A stretch of 63,323 bases of DNA, counting the filler, from Candidatus Woesearchaeota archaeon (GTDB lineage: Archaea; Nanobdellota; Nanobdellia; Woesearchaeales; JACPBO01), in assembly GCA_016180285.1 (NCBI GenBank). It is 3 parts of 3 records of this genome, joined end to end, with 100 filler letters (N's around TTAATTAATTAA, not from the genome) between each part and the next. Parts side by side here need not be neighbours in the genome. Positions count along the whole stretch, not along the records: positions 24,058 to 53,762 come from JACPBO010000042.1; 2 more parts are not named here. One strand, given 5' to 3'. Of this stretch, positions 28,073-38,900 are shown piece after piece; the first letter of the stretch is position 1; each line of letters begins with the position of its first letter. The notes below the pieces were generated by a model, which did no database searches, was not told the DNA's origin, and saw only the letters and a program-made list of their open reading frames with translations. Both the position numbers and the translations under genes were made by a program.

Positions 28073-28699
28073 ATGAAAAAAATAGAAGAATTTAGCAAAT
28101 TCATAGATGATAACAAAGGATATCTTGCAGCTATTGGTGTATTTGCTGCATTGACTAAATATTTCTCTTTTACTTCACCAATTGATGATTTCACTAAGTT
28201 AATATTAAAAGATAATGTTTTACCCGGTATTACCTTCTTACTTTTTATTTTTTTATCAACAACCTTCATAATACATATCTGGTATGACAAGAGATCAGAA
28301 AATAATAGGTATTTGTTTATTTTTAAGTTGTTATTCTCAGTTTTTACAGTTATCATTATTGGTTATTTCATAACCTTTTATGGAGACTGGGTAAAAATCG
28401 GGATCATAATTATTTTATTTTTTGCAGTCTTAGGTTTTTTAGGAAATCTACTTTTTAAATGCCTTGTGAAACTACTAAAAAACTTTTGGTCTAATTTAAT
28501 TTGGCTACTTATTGAGTTATCAATTATCTACTTATTGAACATACTCCAACCACTAATAACTGACTATTATTTACTATTGGGTATTTTTGCTCCACTTTAT
28601 ATTTTGATTTCACTTTCCGTATTTCTTTCAATTTTTAACCTAATAAAAATGATTAAAGATTTCATTATCAAAAAAATGTCTAAAATAAAAATAATTTAA
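28073..28699 (+). CDS. Multi-pass membrane protein
   Basis: Several hydrophobic helices; very AT-rich. Confidence 0.7.
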   Translation: MKKIEEFSKFIDDNKGYLAAIGVFAALTKYFSFTSPIDDFTKLILKDNVLPGITFLLFIFLSTTFIIHIWYDKRSENNRYLFIFKLLFSVFTVIIIGYFITFYGDWVKIGIIIILFFAVLGFLGNLLFKCLVKLLKNFWSNLIWLLIELSIIYLLNILQPLITDYYLLLGIFAPLYILISLSVFLSIFNLIKMIKDFIIKKMSKIKII

Positions 28700-28747
28700 A
28701 CGTTTTTACCATAAACTTTATAAATTCTGAGATATTACATCTTAAAT

Positions 28748-28891
28748 ATGCCAAAAACAAGCATTCCTGAATGCTGCGTTGACTGCATTAAATGGGAGAA
28801 GTTCAAGGAAGACTGCCATGTCTATTGGGAAGGAAAGAAGAACTGCACTCAGCATTCCAGGCTATGGGGCAGTGAGCAGCCGATTCTTTAG
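28748..28891 (+). CDS. Small Cys-rich (probably Zn-binding) protein, 47 aa
   Basis: MPKTSIPECCVDC...CHVYW...CTQH; CTTTATAAA about 25 nt upstream. Confidence 0.6.
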   Translation: MPKTSIPECCVDCIKWEKFKEDCHVYWEGKKNCTQHSRLWGSEQPIL

Positions 28892-28940
28892 CGAATAAAC
28901 AAAAACCTTTATAAATAAATTTCAAATCTTTATTTCTTAA

Positions 28941-29055
28941 GCCCTCGTAGCTTAGACGCATTGAGTTTAGGCTCGTGTGAAGCAATAGGTAGAGCGCATG
29001 ACTGTTAAACTATGCAGCAATCATGAGGTCGGCAGTCCGAGTCTGCCCGAGGGCG
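28941..29055 (+). tRNA. tRNA-Asn(GUU), introns 15/16 (28956-28985) and 37/38 (29008-29019)
   Basis: GCCCTCG/CGAGGGC stem; BHB helices GCTT/AAGC and CTGT/GCAG. Confidence 0.88.
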
Positions 29056-29060
29056 TTTTT

Positions 29061-29182
29061 GGCCCCGTAGCTTAGCCTGGTTAGAGCGTACGAGCAGAAG
29101 CTACGAAACTGATAACCAGCTTAGACATCGTAAGGATGAAAAGTCCCGATTAAGGTCTGGAGTTCAAATCTCCGCGGGGCCA
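29061..29182 (+). tRNA. tRNA-Ile(GAU), introns 30/31 (29093-29107), 37/38 (29115-29126), 43/44 (29133-29152)
   Basis: GGCCCCG/CGGGGCC stem; BHB helices CGTA/TACG, CTGA/TTAG, ATCG/CGAT. Confidence 0.88.
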
Positions 29183-29189
29183 TATTCTT

Positions 29190-30764
29190 ATGAAACAGAC
29201 AAGTATACCGAAGAAAGAAATAGAGCAATTGACAGATGACCCTTCTTTAAATATTGCGCTTGACACAATAAAAATAAAAAAGCAGGCTTTGATATTTGTA
29301 AACACAAAAAAATCAGCTGAAAAAACAGCAGAAGAAATAGCCAAAAAGCTCAAAACAGAGGACAAAAGCCTTAATGATCTGTCAGAAAAGGCATTGCGCG
29401 CAATTGCGCAGCCGACAAGGCAGTGCAAAAGGCTCTCAGAATGTTTGAAAAAAGGCATTGCATTCCATCATGCAGGGCTGCACCACAAGCAGAAAGAGCT
29501 GATTGAAGAGAATTTCAGAAATGGCGCAATAAAAATAATTTGCTCGACGCCAACGTTGGCATTTGGATTAGATCTTCCAGCATTCCGCTCTGTGCTAAAG
29601 GATCTCAAACGATATGGCCATCAGGGCTACCAATATATTCCTGTGCTTGAATTTTTGCAGATGGCAGGCAGGGCCGGGCGCCCGAAATTCGACAGCTTCG
29701 GAGAAGCAATCTGCATTGCATCATCAGAGCCTGAAAAGGAAAAAATACATGAGAAATTTATTCTTGGCGAGCCGGAAGAAATATTTTCAAAGCTCGCAGT
29801 TGAGCCTGTTTTAAGGACTTATCTGTTGTCTTTAATTGCTTCAAATCTTGTAAAAACAAAAACCCAGATAATGGTGTTTTTTGAAAAGACATTCTGGGCA
29901 TTTCAGTTCAGGGATATGGAAAAACTTGAAGCAATAATCTCAAAAATGCTTGGCTTACTGGAAGAATGGAAATTCATAAAAAGCTCTTCAAAAGAGGATT
30001 TTAAATCTGCGAATGAGCTTGAAAAAGAAGCTTATGATGCAACATTAATTGGAAAAAGAGTTGCAGAGCTTTATGTTGACCCATTAACAGCTCATCATTT
30101 GATAACATGCCTGAAAAACAGCGTAGTTGTTTCTGTTTGTTCTTTTTCGCTTCTGCAAGTTATATCGCATACTTTGGAAATGCGTCCTTTGCTTACTGTT
30201 AAAACAAAAGAATGGGATGAAGTGCAGGAAAAGCTTGCAGGCTATGAGAATAACCTGCTTGAAAAAGAGCCGAATCTTTATGAAGAGGAATATGATGATT
30301 ATCTTGGCTCTGTAAAAACAGCATTGTTCTTTGAAGACTGGGTTAATGAAAAGAATGAAGAATATCTGCTGGAGCAATATAATACAAGGCCCGGCGAAAC
30401 AAGAGTGAAGCTCAACATTGCAGACTGGCTGCTTTATGCTTCTGAGGAACTGTCAAGGATTTTGGAAATAAAGCCCATGCTTAAAGAAATTATGAAATTA
30501 AGGTTCAGGCTGAAATACGGTGTTAAGGAAGAATTATTGCCTTTGATGAAATTAAAGCATATTGGAAGAGTAAGGGGAAGGATGCTTTTCAATAACGGAA
30601 TAAAAGATATCGCAGATGTTAAAAAGGCAGATCTGACGGCACTGGCGCAGATACTTGGATCTAATACTGCTATTGACATTAAGAAGCAGGTCGGAGAGGA
30701 TTTTGAGAAGATGAAAGTCAAGGAGAACAAAAGAAGAGGGCAGATAAGCCTAGGGGATTATTGA
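29190..30764 (+). CDS. hel308: Hel308/Ski2-like helicase lacking the first RecA domain
   Basis: FHHAGL, STPTLAFGLDLPA, QMAGRAGRP, wHTH, ratchet and HhH regions; no Walker A or DEVH. Confidence 0.85.
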   Translation: MKQTSIPKKEIEQLTDDPSLNIALDTIKIKKQALIFVNTKKSAEKTAEEIAKKLKTEDKSLNDLSEKALRAIAQPTRQCKRLSECLKKGIAFHHAGLHHKQKELIEENFRNGAIKIICSTPTLAFGLDLPAFRSVLKDLKRYGHQGYQYIPVLEFLQMAGRAGRPKFDSFGEAICIASSEPEKEKIHEKFILGEPEEIFSKLAVEPVLRTYLLSLIASNLVKTKTQIMVFFEKTFWAFQFRDMEKLEAIISKMLGLLEEWKFIKSSSKEDFKSANELEKEAYDATLIGKRVAELYVDPLTAHHLITCLKNSVVVSVCSFSLLQVISHTLEMRPLLTVKTKEWDEVQEKLAGYENNLLEKEPNLYEEEYDDYLGSVKTALFFEDWVNEKNEEYLLEQYNTRPGETRVKLNIADWLLYASEELSRILEIKPMLKEIMKLRFRLKYGVKEELLPLMKLKHIGRVRGRMLFNNGIKDIADVKKADLTALAQILGSNTAIDIKKQVGEDFEKMKVKENKRRGQISLGDY

Positions 30765-30780
30765 TTACAGATACTCTATT

Positions 30781-31998
30781 TTAAAATGTTATTACCCTTT
30801 TATCAGGGATATCTGCTTTATAGCTTTTATACAATCTTGAGGCCAATAGATATTTACTATATTCAAGTACATTTACCTTGGGTGTTTTTTGCGGTACAGT
30901 ATCTAGCACATATAGCTCATCAATTGAAGATGTTTCTATTTTAGAAGGGTCTGTATTAACATTATGGCTTAAAAGCCAAATCACATAACTAGCGCCGCAT
31001 TTTTCTTTTAAGAAAGTAGTTGTGTCAACAGCAGTTCCACCACTGGCTAACAAGTCATCTATCAGAATTGCAGTTTTTCCTTTGATGATGTTTTCAAGTG
31101 TTATCTTCCCAAAAGGTTTAAAACCAGCTACACGAATATTACCTGCATCAATTCTATCCTTTATTGCTACAGGCATATTTTCATATAATTCACCTATTGA
31201 TCTCCCAAAACTCTTTGTTCTATCTTCTGTTCCATCATCGGCGATAACAACAACGGCATCTTTTAACCGGTCTTCATTTTCTTTGTAGAATGTTAAAAAA
31301 GGAGTTAGTCTTGCTAACCTTGGCTTAACATCATCGCTTAACTTATTTATGCCTAATTTTGTATAATCAGCTTCTGCCCTGAAAGGATCATAGTGATGAA
31401 ATAAAACGCTGTAGCGTTTACAATAATCAAATATTTTTTCATTATGTACATCTATTGTTATTAATTCTACTCTTGCTTTTTTATTTGGCCAATCTTCCGG
31501 TAATCTTGAAAAATCCCTTATAAATCTTCTAAGTATATTTGCTTGTAAAAATCCCCTTTCTGCATATTTTTCAACAGAATGTGCTCTTACATAAGTAGAA
31601 TAAGGAAAACAAAAAGTCAGTTTTCTTATAGGAATGTATTCTAGCATTTCACCGAACCCCCTTGCTTGGCTTAGCCTATCATTTATGCTTAAATCTGAGT
31701 TTGGTTGAAATAAATAATCAATATAAACTACATGAGCGCCAGTTAAAGGTTGAACAGAGAATAGACCCGCTTCCACTCTTGTTTCTGTATCGGGAAACTC
31801 ATCTATGACTAAGGGTCTAGTTTCATTTTTATTTACTTTTTCTTCAGGAGTTAGTTCATTTGCCTTTTTCCCTTCCAGAACTTTGACATCTTCTCCAATA
31901 CTATATTCTTCTCTGAGTATTCTAAAAATATCTCTAGCTAGTTTTTTGCCTTCTGAGTCTCCTGAAACAAGAATCAAATCTTTGTTAACCATCTTCAC
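30781..31998 (-). CDS. Divergent ribose-phosphate pyrophosphokinase-like protein
   Basis: EFPDTE, PYSTYVR, TIDVHN, LIDDLLASGGT PRPP motif, VLDTVP. Confidence 0.75.
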   Translation of the reverse strand: MKMVNKDLILVSGDSEGKKLARDIFRILREEYSIGEDVKVLEGKKANELTPEEKVNKNETRPLVIDEFPDTETRVEAGLFSVQPLTGAHVVYIDYLFQPNSDLSINDRLSQARGFGEMLEYIPIRKLTFCFPYSTYVRAHSVEKYAERGFLQANILRRFIRDFSRLPEDWPNKKARVELITIDVHNEKIFDYCKRYSVLFHHYDPFRAEADYTKLGINKLSDDVKPRLARLTPFLTFYKENEDRLKDAVVVIADDGTEDRTKSFGRSIGELYENMPVAIKDRIDAGNIRVAGFKPFGKITLENIIKGKTAILIDDLLASGGTAVDTTTFLKEKCGASYVIWLLSHNVNTDPSKIETSSIDELYVLDTVPQKTPKVNVLEYSKYLLASRLYKSYKADIPDKRVITF

Positions 31999-32124
31999 CC
32001 CACCTTAAGCTTTGAAATTACATTATAATTTAAATATCTTTCTCTTTTATTAACTACTCTCCAAAAATAATTACGTAAAACAGCGTAAAAATTAAATAAT
32101 AGCATTTTATATAACTAAAACAGA

Positions 32125-32436
32125 ATGACTAAACTAAATTTCAATGACGTAGTCCTTGCTATTGTCAAAAAAATACCAAAAGGCAGAATAACAACTTACA
32201 AGGAGATCGGCAGGGCATTAAAGAGAAAAGGCCAAATTTATAGAGCAGTTGGAAGGGCATTGCATGAGAATAAATGCCCAGTGATCATACCCTGCCACAG
32301 GGTTGTGAAGAGCGATGGAAGCATTGGCGGGTATTCACGCGGAATAAAGAAGAAGATTAATTTATTGAAGAAAGAGGGGATTGAGGTAAAAAATAATGAA
32401 ATAATTGACTTTGAAGAAAAACTATTTAGGTTTTAA
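32125..32436 (+). CDS. ogt: O6-methylguanine methyltransferase (MGMT) domain protein
   Basis: IPKGRITTY...RAVGRAL...IPCHRVV. Confidence 0.9.
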   Translation: MTKLNFNDVVLAIVKKIPKGRITTYKEIGRALKRKGQIYRAVGRALHENKCPVIIPCHRVVKSDGSIGGYSRGIKKKINLLKKEGIEVKNNEIIDFEEKLFRF

Positions 32437-33749
32437 TAATTCTTTTTACTAAAGGCAACCAAAGTGCCTAATATTTTTAATCTTTTCTTTCTGTTATAAG
32501 TGTCAAACAGGTTCAGGAAGGGATCGCCAAACCTATTATACATTTGCACCCTGACATATTCCGGATTATGTTTCTTTATCCTCTTTTTGTTTATTGGTAT
32601 TGTTGGTGCAAACCTTATTCCTTTCTTATGTCCAGGATATTTTTTATTAATAACGTAAAATGCGAAGTTGCCTTCTTTATAGCCTTCGACACCATGGAAA
32701 GATTCTCTTGCAATCACAAAGTTTTTACGCAACTTAGATATATCGCCTTCAAAAATCCTTGCTGTTTCTAAATACTCTTTATATTTTTGAGGTGACTTTC
32801 TGAATCCTCTTAGGGCATCTTCTATGCTTTTTCTTTCTTCAGCTCCGTAGAATAGTTGGATACCCACCGGATGAGCGCCAGCCATTCTATCAGTTCTTTC
32901 AGCAGCTTGTCTTGCGTATTCCCCCAAGAAGTTACTCAGCTGCTCATGCATGGTTTTGAATGCTTCAATATCACCCGAAGTTACAATATCTCTTTGATGC
33001 TCTAAAGCCGAAATTAACAAATCGTAAACTGCTTTGGTCGCAGGATTTTCCATCTGTATTGAGCCGTACATTTCGCCCTGATTTGGATCTGATACAACCC
33101 TTCCAGTAGCATCCATCATCAATCTGAAAAACAGAGTTGAGTGCTTTTGCAGCTTTTCAAAACCAACTTTTTCTGATAAACTTTTTAATGCTGTTAAAAA
33201 TGCATATGCTACTGAATGAGGCTCGATCTGCAAAGGAGCCATTTCATAATCATGCTCAGCAGGCTCAACTAACTTATCAATATTTGCTCTGTTTTTCTTA
33301 AAAATCCCTTCTATTTTGTTAAACCATTTCCCGCCTTCTTTCGGCCTTCCTTCAATCATCAAAACATTCTGGCCCCAAGGTAAGACATTGGGCCTGTACA
33401 TTCCATGAACACCAAATACTTCTATTTCAGGCTTTGAATATTTAATCATGGCATCCATTGCTTTAGTTTTGACAGAACTTAAATCAGCAATCGCTTCATT
33501 AGCTAGCGGTGCCCATCTTTCAATCTCGATTGGTGCAATACGAATCGGTAGGGAAAAAAGAGCAAGATTAGAACTTTTCATTAATTCCTCAGAAGATAAA
33601 AGAAGATAACCTCTTTCTGCGCATAACTTCCTTGCCTTTTCAACATTAATGTCGGAAATAGCAACTTCTAATTCAGACTTTTGCAAGATATCTGCAAAAT
33701 AAGAGCCTTCTGCTCCCGCTCCCCCAATTATACCTACTCGCTCAGTCAT
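32433..33749 (-). CDS. tyrA: Prephenate dehydrogenase-like protein with C-terminal extension
   Basis: GIIGGAGAEG, DLSSVK, HGMYRP, EHDYEMA..Q..PH, MYGSIQMEN. Confidence 0.78.
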   Translation of the reverse strand: MTERVGIIGGAGAEGSYFADILQKSELEVAISDINVEKARKLCAERGYLLLSSEELMKSSNLALFSLPIRIAPIEIERWAPLANEAIADLSSVKTKAMDAMIKYSKPEIEVFGVHGMYRPNVLPWGQNVLMIEGRPKEGGKWFNKIEGIFKKNRANIDKLVEPAEHDYEMAPLQIEPHSVAYAFLTALKSLSEKVGFEKLQKHSTLFFRLMMDATGRVVSDPNQGEMYGSIQMENPATKAVYDLLISALEHQRDIVTSGDIEAFKTMHEQLSNFLGEYARQAAERTDRMAGAHPVGIQLFYGAEERKSIEDALRGFRKSPQKYKEYLETARIFEGDISKLRKNFVIARESFHGVEGYKEGNFAFYVINKKYPGHKKGIRFAPTIPINKKRIKKHNPEYVRVQMYNRFGDPFLNLFDTYNRKKRLKILGTLVAFSKKNY

Positions 33750-34066
33750 TTTAGATACAGTTTTTTGTACTGCATGTACTTTTCAGGATCCTTATAGCTG
33801 GCCTCAGACACTCTTTTAATTTTTACAATATATTGACAGGCATCTATAGTAGAACCTATTATTGCAGCATTAATTACAGTATCAATACTCCTTCTCAGAG
33901 CTAATGCTGCAGCACCTCCGATAATTGCCCCGCGAATTATGCATTCCGCCGTCCCTAATAGATGATAGCCGAGTCTTTTCGAGAAATTCTCCTGTTCACA
34001 TCCCTTTATTAAATTTTTACCAGGGATTAATAATTCCCATGTTTTTAATAAATATTGGTTACCCAT
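33746..34066 (-). CDS. Small membrane hypothetical protein
   Basis: 106-aa ORF overlapping the tyrA start. Confidence 0.55.
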   Translation of the reverse strand: MGNQYLLKTWELLIPGKNLIKGCEQENFSKRLGYHLLGTAECIIRGAIIGGAAALALRRSIDTVINAAIIGSTIDACQYIVKIKRVSEASYKDPEKYMQYKKLYLK

Positions 34067-34123
34067 TCCATATGCCTCCTTCTACTTTCATCACCTCTTT
34101 TAAAAGTATTTTAAACAAAGAAC

Positions 34124-35050
34124 TTATTTCTTCCTTTTCTTCTTCACTTTCTTTATCTCTTTCTCAAGATCAAGCTCATCCAGCAATTCCTTGTATCTGT
34201 TCCTGATCGTAACTTCTGTAACTCCTGCAACATCTGCGACTTCCCTCTGCGTTCTTTTTTCGCCGTGCATCAGGGCTGCGACATACAAAGCAGCAGCTGC
34301 AATTCCGGTTGGCCCTCTTCCTGATGTTAATTCAGCTTTCTGCGCCCTTTCCAGTATTTCAACAGACTTGCTTTGTGTTTCAGGGCTTAATTTCAATGCA
34401 GATGCAAATCTCGGAATATAATCAGCAGGATTTGAAGGCAGTATTGTTATTCCAAGCTCTCTTGTTACAAATCTATAAGTTCTTCCGATTTCTTTCTTCT
34501 CAATACCTGATGCCTCGCTTAATTCATCCAATGTTCTTGGAACTTCATGCCTTCTGCAGGCCGCATATAAAGCTCCTGCAACAACAGATTCCATGCTTCT
34601 TCCCCTTACTAATCCGCGCTGCACAGCCAAAGTGTAAATTCTTGAAGATTCTTCTTCAACAGACTTTGGAAGCTTCAGATAAGAGCTGACTCTTTTCAGT
34701 TCAGCCAATGCGAGCTTTAAGTTTCTTTCAATAGCTGTAGAAATCCTGTACTGCCATTTTCTCAGCCTGAAAAACTTGTTTCTATCCTTGCTTCTTAATT
34801 GGTATAAATCACCCTGCTGGCCGACTTCTGTCCCCAATCCCTGGTCATACTGGGTGTATGTCATAGGAGCGCCGCCCCTTCTTTTTGATTCGCCCCCTTC
34901 GTCTTCAAAATTGCGCCATTCCTGCGTAAAATCAACCATTTTGTCTTCAATAACAAGGCCGCAGTCTTTGCAGATGATCTCTCCTTTATCTTTATTCCAG
35001 AACAGGTTTATTCCGCCGCATTCAGGGCATTTTTTGACCATTTCAGGCAT
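34124..35050 (-). CDS. tfb: Transcription initiation factor IIB
   Basis: Zn ribbon CPECG..CKDCG, EWR, two cyclin repeats, GVTEVTIRNRYKEL. Confidence 0.97.
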   Translation of the reverse strand: MPEMVKKCPECGGINLFWNKDKGEIICKDCGLVIEDKMVDFTQEWRNFEDEGGESKRRGGAPMTYTQYDQGLGTEVGQQGDLYQLRSKDRNKFFRLRKWQYRISTAIERNLKLALAELKRVSSYLKLPKSVEEESSRIYTLAVQRGLVRGRSMESVVAGALYAACRRHEVPRTLDELSEASGIEKKEIGRTYRFVTRELGITILPSNPADYIPRFASALKLSPETQSKSVEILERAQKAELTSGRGPTGIAAAALYVAALMHGEKRTQREVADVAGVTEVTIRNRYKELLDELDLEKEIKKVKKKRKK

Positions 35051-35318
35051 TTTTCTCACCAGATAGCTTTATTTATAACATTATCAAGCTTAAACACGCT
35101 CTTTTGCTGTTACACCCTTTTTCTTTCCCCAACATATATAATGAAGTATAACAATATTTATAAAGGAAATGCGTAACTTATATATAAAGCTTTTGGTATT
35201 TTTAGGCTTTTAGACGGTGGATTTTTTCAAAATTTTTATAGAAAAATTTAAAAAAGCTGCGGTTTTCAAAATAAATGATACAAAAATTTATATAATAACC
35301 CATTATACTTTCTTTCAT

Positions 35319-35475
35319 GCCGCGATGGCACAACCTGGTACTGCGTCAGCCTTGAGAGCTGATGGCCGAAAGGCCTTTCCGGTTCAAAACAATGATGTGT
35401 TAAATGATCCGTAAAAAGATTTTTTGCACAGAGCCTGCTTCGCAGGTTTGATTGTCGAAAGTCCGGATCGCGGCG
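35319..35475 (+). tRNA. tRNA-Ser(UGA), 73-nt intron at 59/60 (35389-35461)
   Basis: GCCGCGA/TCGCGGC stem, long variable arm GGCC-GAAA-GGCC, T stem TCCGG/CCGGA. Confidence 0.88.
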
Positions 35476-35482
35476 TTTTTTA

Positions 35483-35597
35483 TGTCAAGAACCACCCATC
35501 AAAGATGGGTGGAATGTTGCTGCTATTCACCGCATCAGGTGGTTAATTGGAAATGTTCACATTTCCAATTTGCTCAAAAATGCAAGCATTTTTGACA
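35483..35597. repeat. Hairpin cluster / possible MITE remnant after tRNA-Ser
   Basis: CCACCCATC/GATGGGTGG, AATTGGAAATGT/ACATTTCCAATT, TCAAAAATGC/GCATTTTTGA; ends TGTCAA/TTGACA. Confidence 0.45.
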
Positions 35598-35612
35598 CTT
35601 GTTTTACAATAA

Positions 35613-35933
35613 ATGGCAAAAAAAATGTTACGAGCATCAAAATCAAGTGATTTGGTAAAGTACCAGAAAGGATCTGTTGTAAGCAAGGAAATAATACGTA
35701 AAGGCACAGGAACAGTCACTTTGTTTGCCTTTGATCGGGGCCAGGGATTAAGCGAGCACACTGCGCCGTTTGATGCATTAGTTTACATCCTTGGCGGAGA
35801 AGCTGAGATTTTCATAGATAAGAAGCCATTTCATTTGAAAGAGGGCGAAATGATCATAATGCCCGCCAATCATCCGCATTCTTTGAAAGCAAAAAAGCAG
35901 TTCAAGATGATGTTGGTAATGATAAAGTCATAA
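35613..35933 (+). CDS. Cupin domain protein
   Basis: TLFAFDRGQGLSEHTAPFDA...MPANHPHSL. Confidence 0.88.
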   Translation: MAKKMLRASKSSDLVKYQKGSVVSKEIIRKGTGTVTLFAFDRGQGLSEHTAPFDALVYILGGEAEIFIDKKPFHLKEGEMIIMPANHPHSLKAKKQFKMMLVMIKS

Positions 35934-38900
35934 CTTATCAAACAAAATCCTTATCTCTTTCCCTTTTATATTCTCTTTCACTTCAACATTATGCTTCCTT
36001 GCAGGCTCCTGATCAGATATTTTTATCCTATCTGCTCCGCACTTCTCCTTTATTGCATCTTCCCATTTGGAAAGCATCTCTTTCAGATCTTCATCAACTT
36101 TAACGAATAAAACAATCCTGTCCTTCTTTTCAAGGCCGTTCTTCTTCCTTGCTTCCTGCGCTCTTCTCATGATCTCCCTCGAATATCCTTCTGCTTCAAG
36201 TTCATCGTTTCTTTCAGCATTAAGGTAAAGCTGCCCGTATCTGAACTCAGCTTCCTTAAACGGGGAAGGAACAATTCTTGTGACAACCAAATGCTCCCTG
36301 ATAATGCTTAATGTTTCGCCATCAACCTTTAATGTGAATTTCCCTTCTTTCCTGATATGGCCCAGAATATTTTCAGAGCTCTCTGTTGAAAGCTTTGCAA
36401 TTATCTTAGGAACTTTATTGCCGAAAGCCGGGCCAAGCTTGTTAAAATCTGCTTTGACAATTGTCTTTGCCTGCGGGAAAATCTTCTGTATTTTCAGTTC
36501 TTTCACATTAGTCTGTTTTTTAATTGAGTCTTCAAGCTTTTCAACAGCGCTTATTGCCTTTCCATCATCAATAACCAAAACAGCTTCTTTTAAAGGCCAT
36601 CTCACTCCAAGAGCTATTTTCTCTCTCCCGGCAAGTATTGACTGTATGACATCTTTCACAACGCTGAAATCATTTTCCAGCTCCAGGTTAATCTTATTTT
36701 TATCATAAGCAGGCCAGCCAAACAAGTGAATGCTCTCTTCCTTCAATCCAAAAGCCTCTTTTAAATTGAGATAAATCTGCTCTGAAATAAACGGCGCAAC
36801 TGCCGCAAACATTTTCAAAATTTGCATTGTGTTTTCATAAAGCGCGAATAAAATAACTCTTTTCTCATTATCCTCTCCTGAGAATTTATCTCTCACAAGC
36901 TGCACATAGGTTCTTGATAATTCAAGATAAAGCTCTTCAATTGCAGGCGGAACTTCATTTAATCTGTATTCTTCAAAAAGCCCTGTAACTTTCTTGATTG
37001 TTGAATTAAGCTTTGAAAAAATGTATTTTTCCTCTGTTTCAAAATTCTTCTCAATGCCTGCGTCAATCTTTGCAGGGTTTATGCCGCTGTTTTGCGCCAG
37101 ATCAACCAGGTAATTGGCAAGGTTCCAAAGCACAAACAGGTTTTTGTTTTTTATCTTCAGGTCATCAAAATTATAATTGATGTCAACCCCGGGATTTGCT
37201 CCGCTGATCATATAATAACGCAAGGTATCTACCCCGTATTTTTCAATGACTTCATAAGGAGAAACCTGATTGCCAAGGGATTTTGACATCTTCCTGCCAA
37301 GCGCATCCTGCACAAAGCCGTGCATATAAACTGCCTTGAAAGAAGGCCTGTTCATGCTCACAAACGATGCAACCATTAAAAGATTGAACCATCCCCTTAT
37401 TTGATCCTTGCCTTCAAGAATAAATTCAGGCGGAAACATCTTTTCAAACAAGTCTTTTCTCTGCGGATAATCCAGGCAAGTCCATGATGTTGTTCCGGCA
37501 TCCACCCATACATCTAAAATGTCGGGTATTCTTTTCTTCACCCCGCCGCAGCTGCATTTTATTGTAACTTCATCAATATACGGCTTGTGAAGGTCTTCTG
37601 GAATTTTACCAGCCAATGCTTTAAGCTCATCAGCAGACCCTATTACAGCATAATCGCTGCATTTCTCGCATTTCCATACTGGCAATGGGCAGCCCCAATA
37701 CCTTTGCTTTGTAATTGAATTGTCCCTTAAATTTTTCAGCCATGACTCAAATGCGTTGAAGGCAGCTTCAGGCACCCATTTTATTTTTTTATTTGCCTCT
37801 ATCATCTTTTCTTTCAGATCTTCCACTTTGAAGAACCACTGCTTTGTTGTTTTATAGATGACAGGATTATGGCAGCGCCAGCAATGCGCGTATTCATGCT
37901 CTACTTTTGTTGTTGCAACCAAAGCGCCAGCTTCTTCCAAAGCTTCTATAAATTTCTTATCATCCTTTTTTGCAATCAAGCCTGCAAACCTTCCCATTTC
38001 TTTCGGGAATTCCCCTCTTTCGCTCAGGTTGTTGAACGGCTTTATCCCGTTTCTATGGCCAACTTCGTAATCCTCGGGACCGCAGCCAGGCGCGCAATGC
38101 ACTAATCCGGAGCCCGCGCTCAAATCAACATATTCTGAAGATAAAATTACAGAATGCACTTTCAAAGATTCTTTTTCAAGCCCGTCATAAATATTTTTTA
38201 GATCTTTATAAAGAGGATGCTCGTACATTGTTCCCCCTAATTTATCGCCTTTAAATTCTTCCAAGATTGTAAATTTTTTGTTCGCAATCCCTCCGATAAA
38301 TGCCCCTGCCAGACCTTTTGCAACAATCCACACTTCACTTTCAACTTTCGCCCTTACATAATCAAGCTCAGGATTGACCATTACTGCCAGATTGAACGGA
38401 ATTGTCCAGGGCGTTGTTGTCCATATCACCAAATACTCATTCTGCTTGTCTTTTATTTTGAATTTCAGGAAAATAGAATCCTCTTCAACTGCTTCATATT
38501 CTAATTCATGCTTTGCAAGCGCTGTTTCGCAATGAGCACACCATGTCATTGTCCTCAACCCTTCATATAGCCGTTTGTTCTCATGCGCTTTCTTTACAAG
38601 CCACCATTCGCCTTCAATAAACTCGTTTTTTAAGGACTGATAGGCATTTTCAAAATCCATCCAGATGCCTAGCCTTGTAAAATCATCATTCATCAGCTTC
38701 ATGTTTTCTGTTGAAAGCTTTCTGCATTCGCTGATGAACTTTTCAACACCCAATTTCACAATATCATCCTTCTGCTTTATCCCTAGCTTTTCCTCAACTT
38801 TATGCTCTGTAGGAAGCCCGTGCATGTCATAGCCTGCCCTGTCCCAGACATTTATCCCGTTCATCCTTTTGTACCTTAAAAAGCAGTCTTTTAATGCCTT

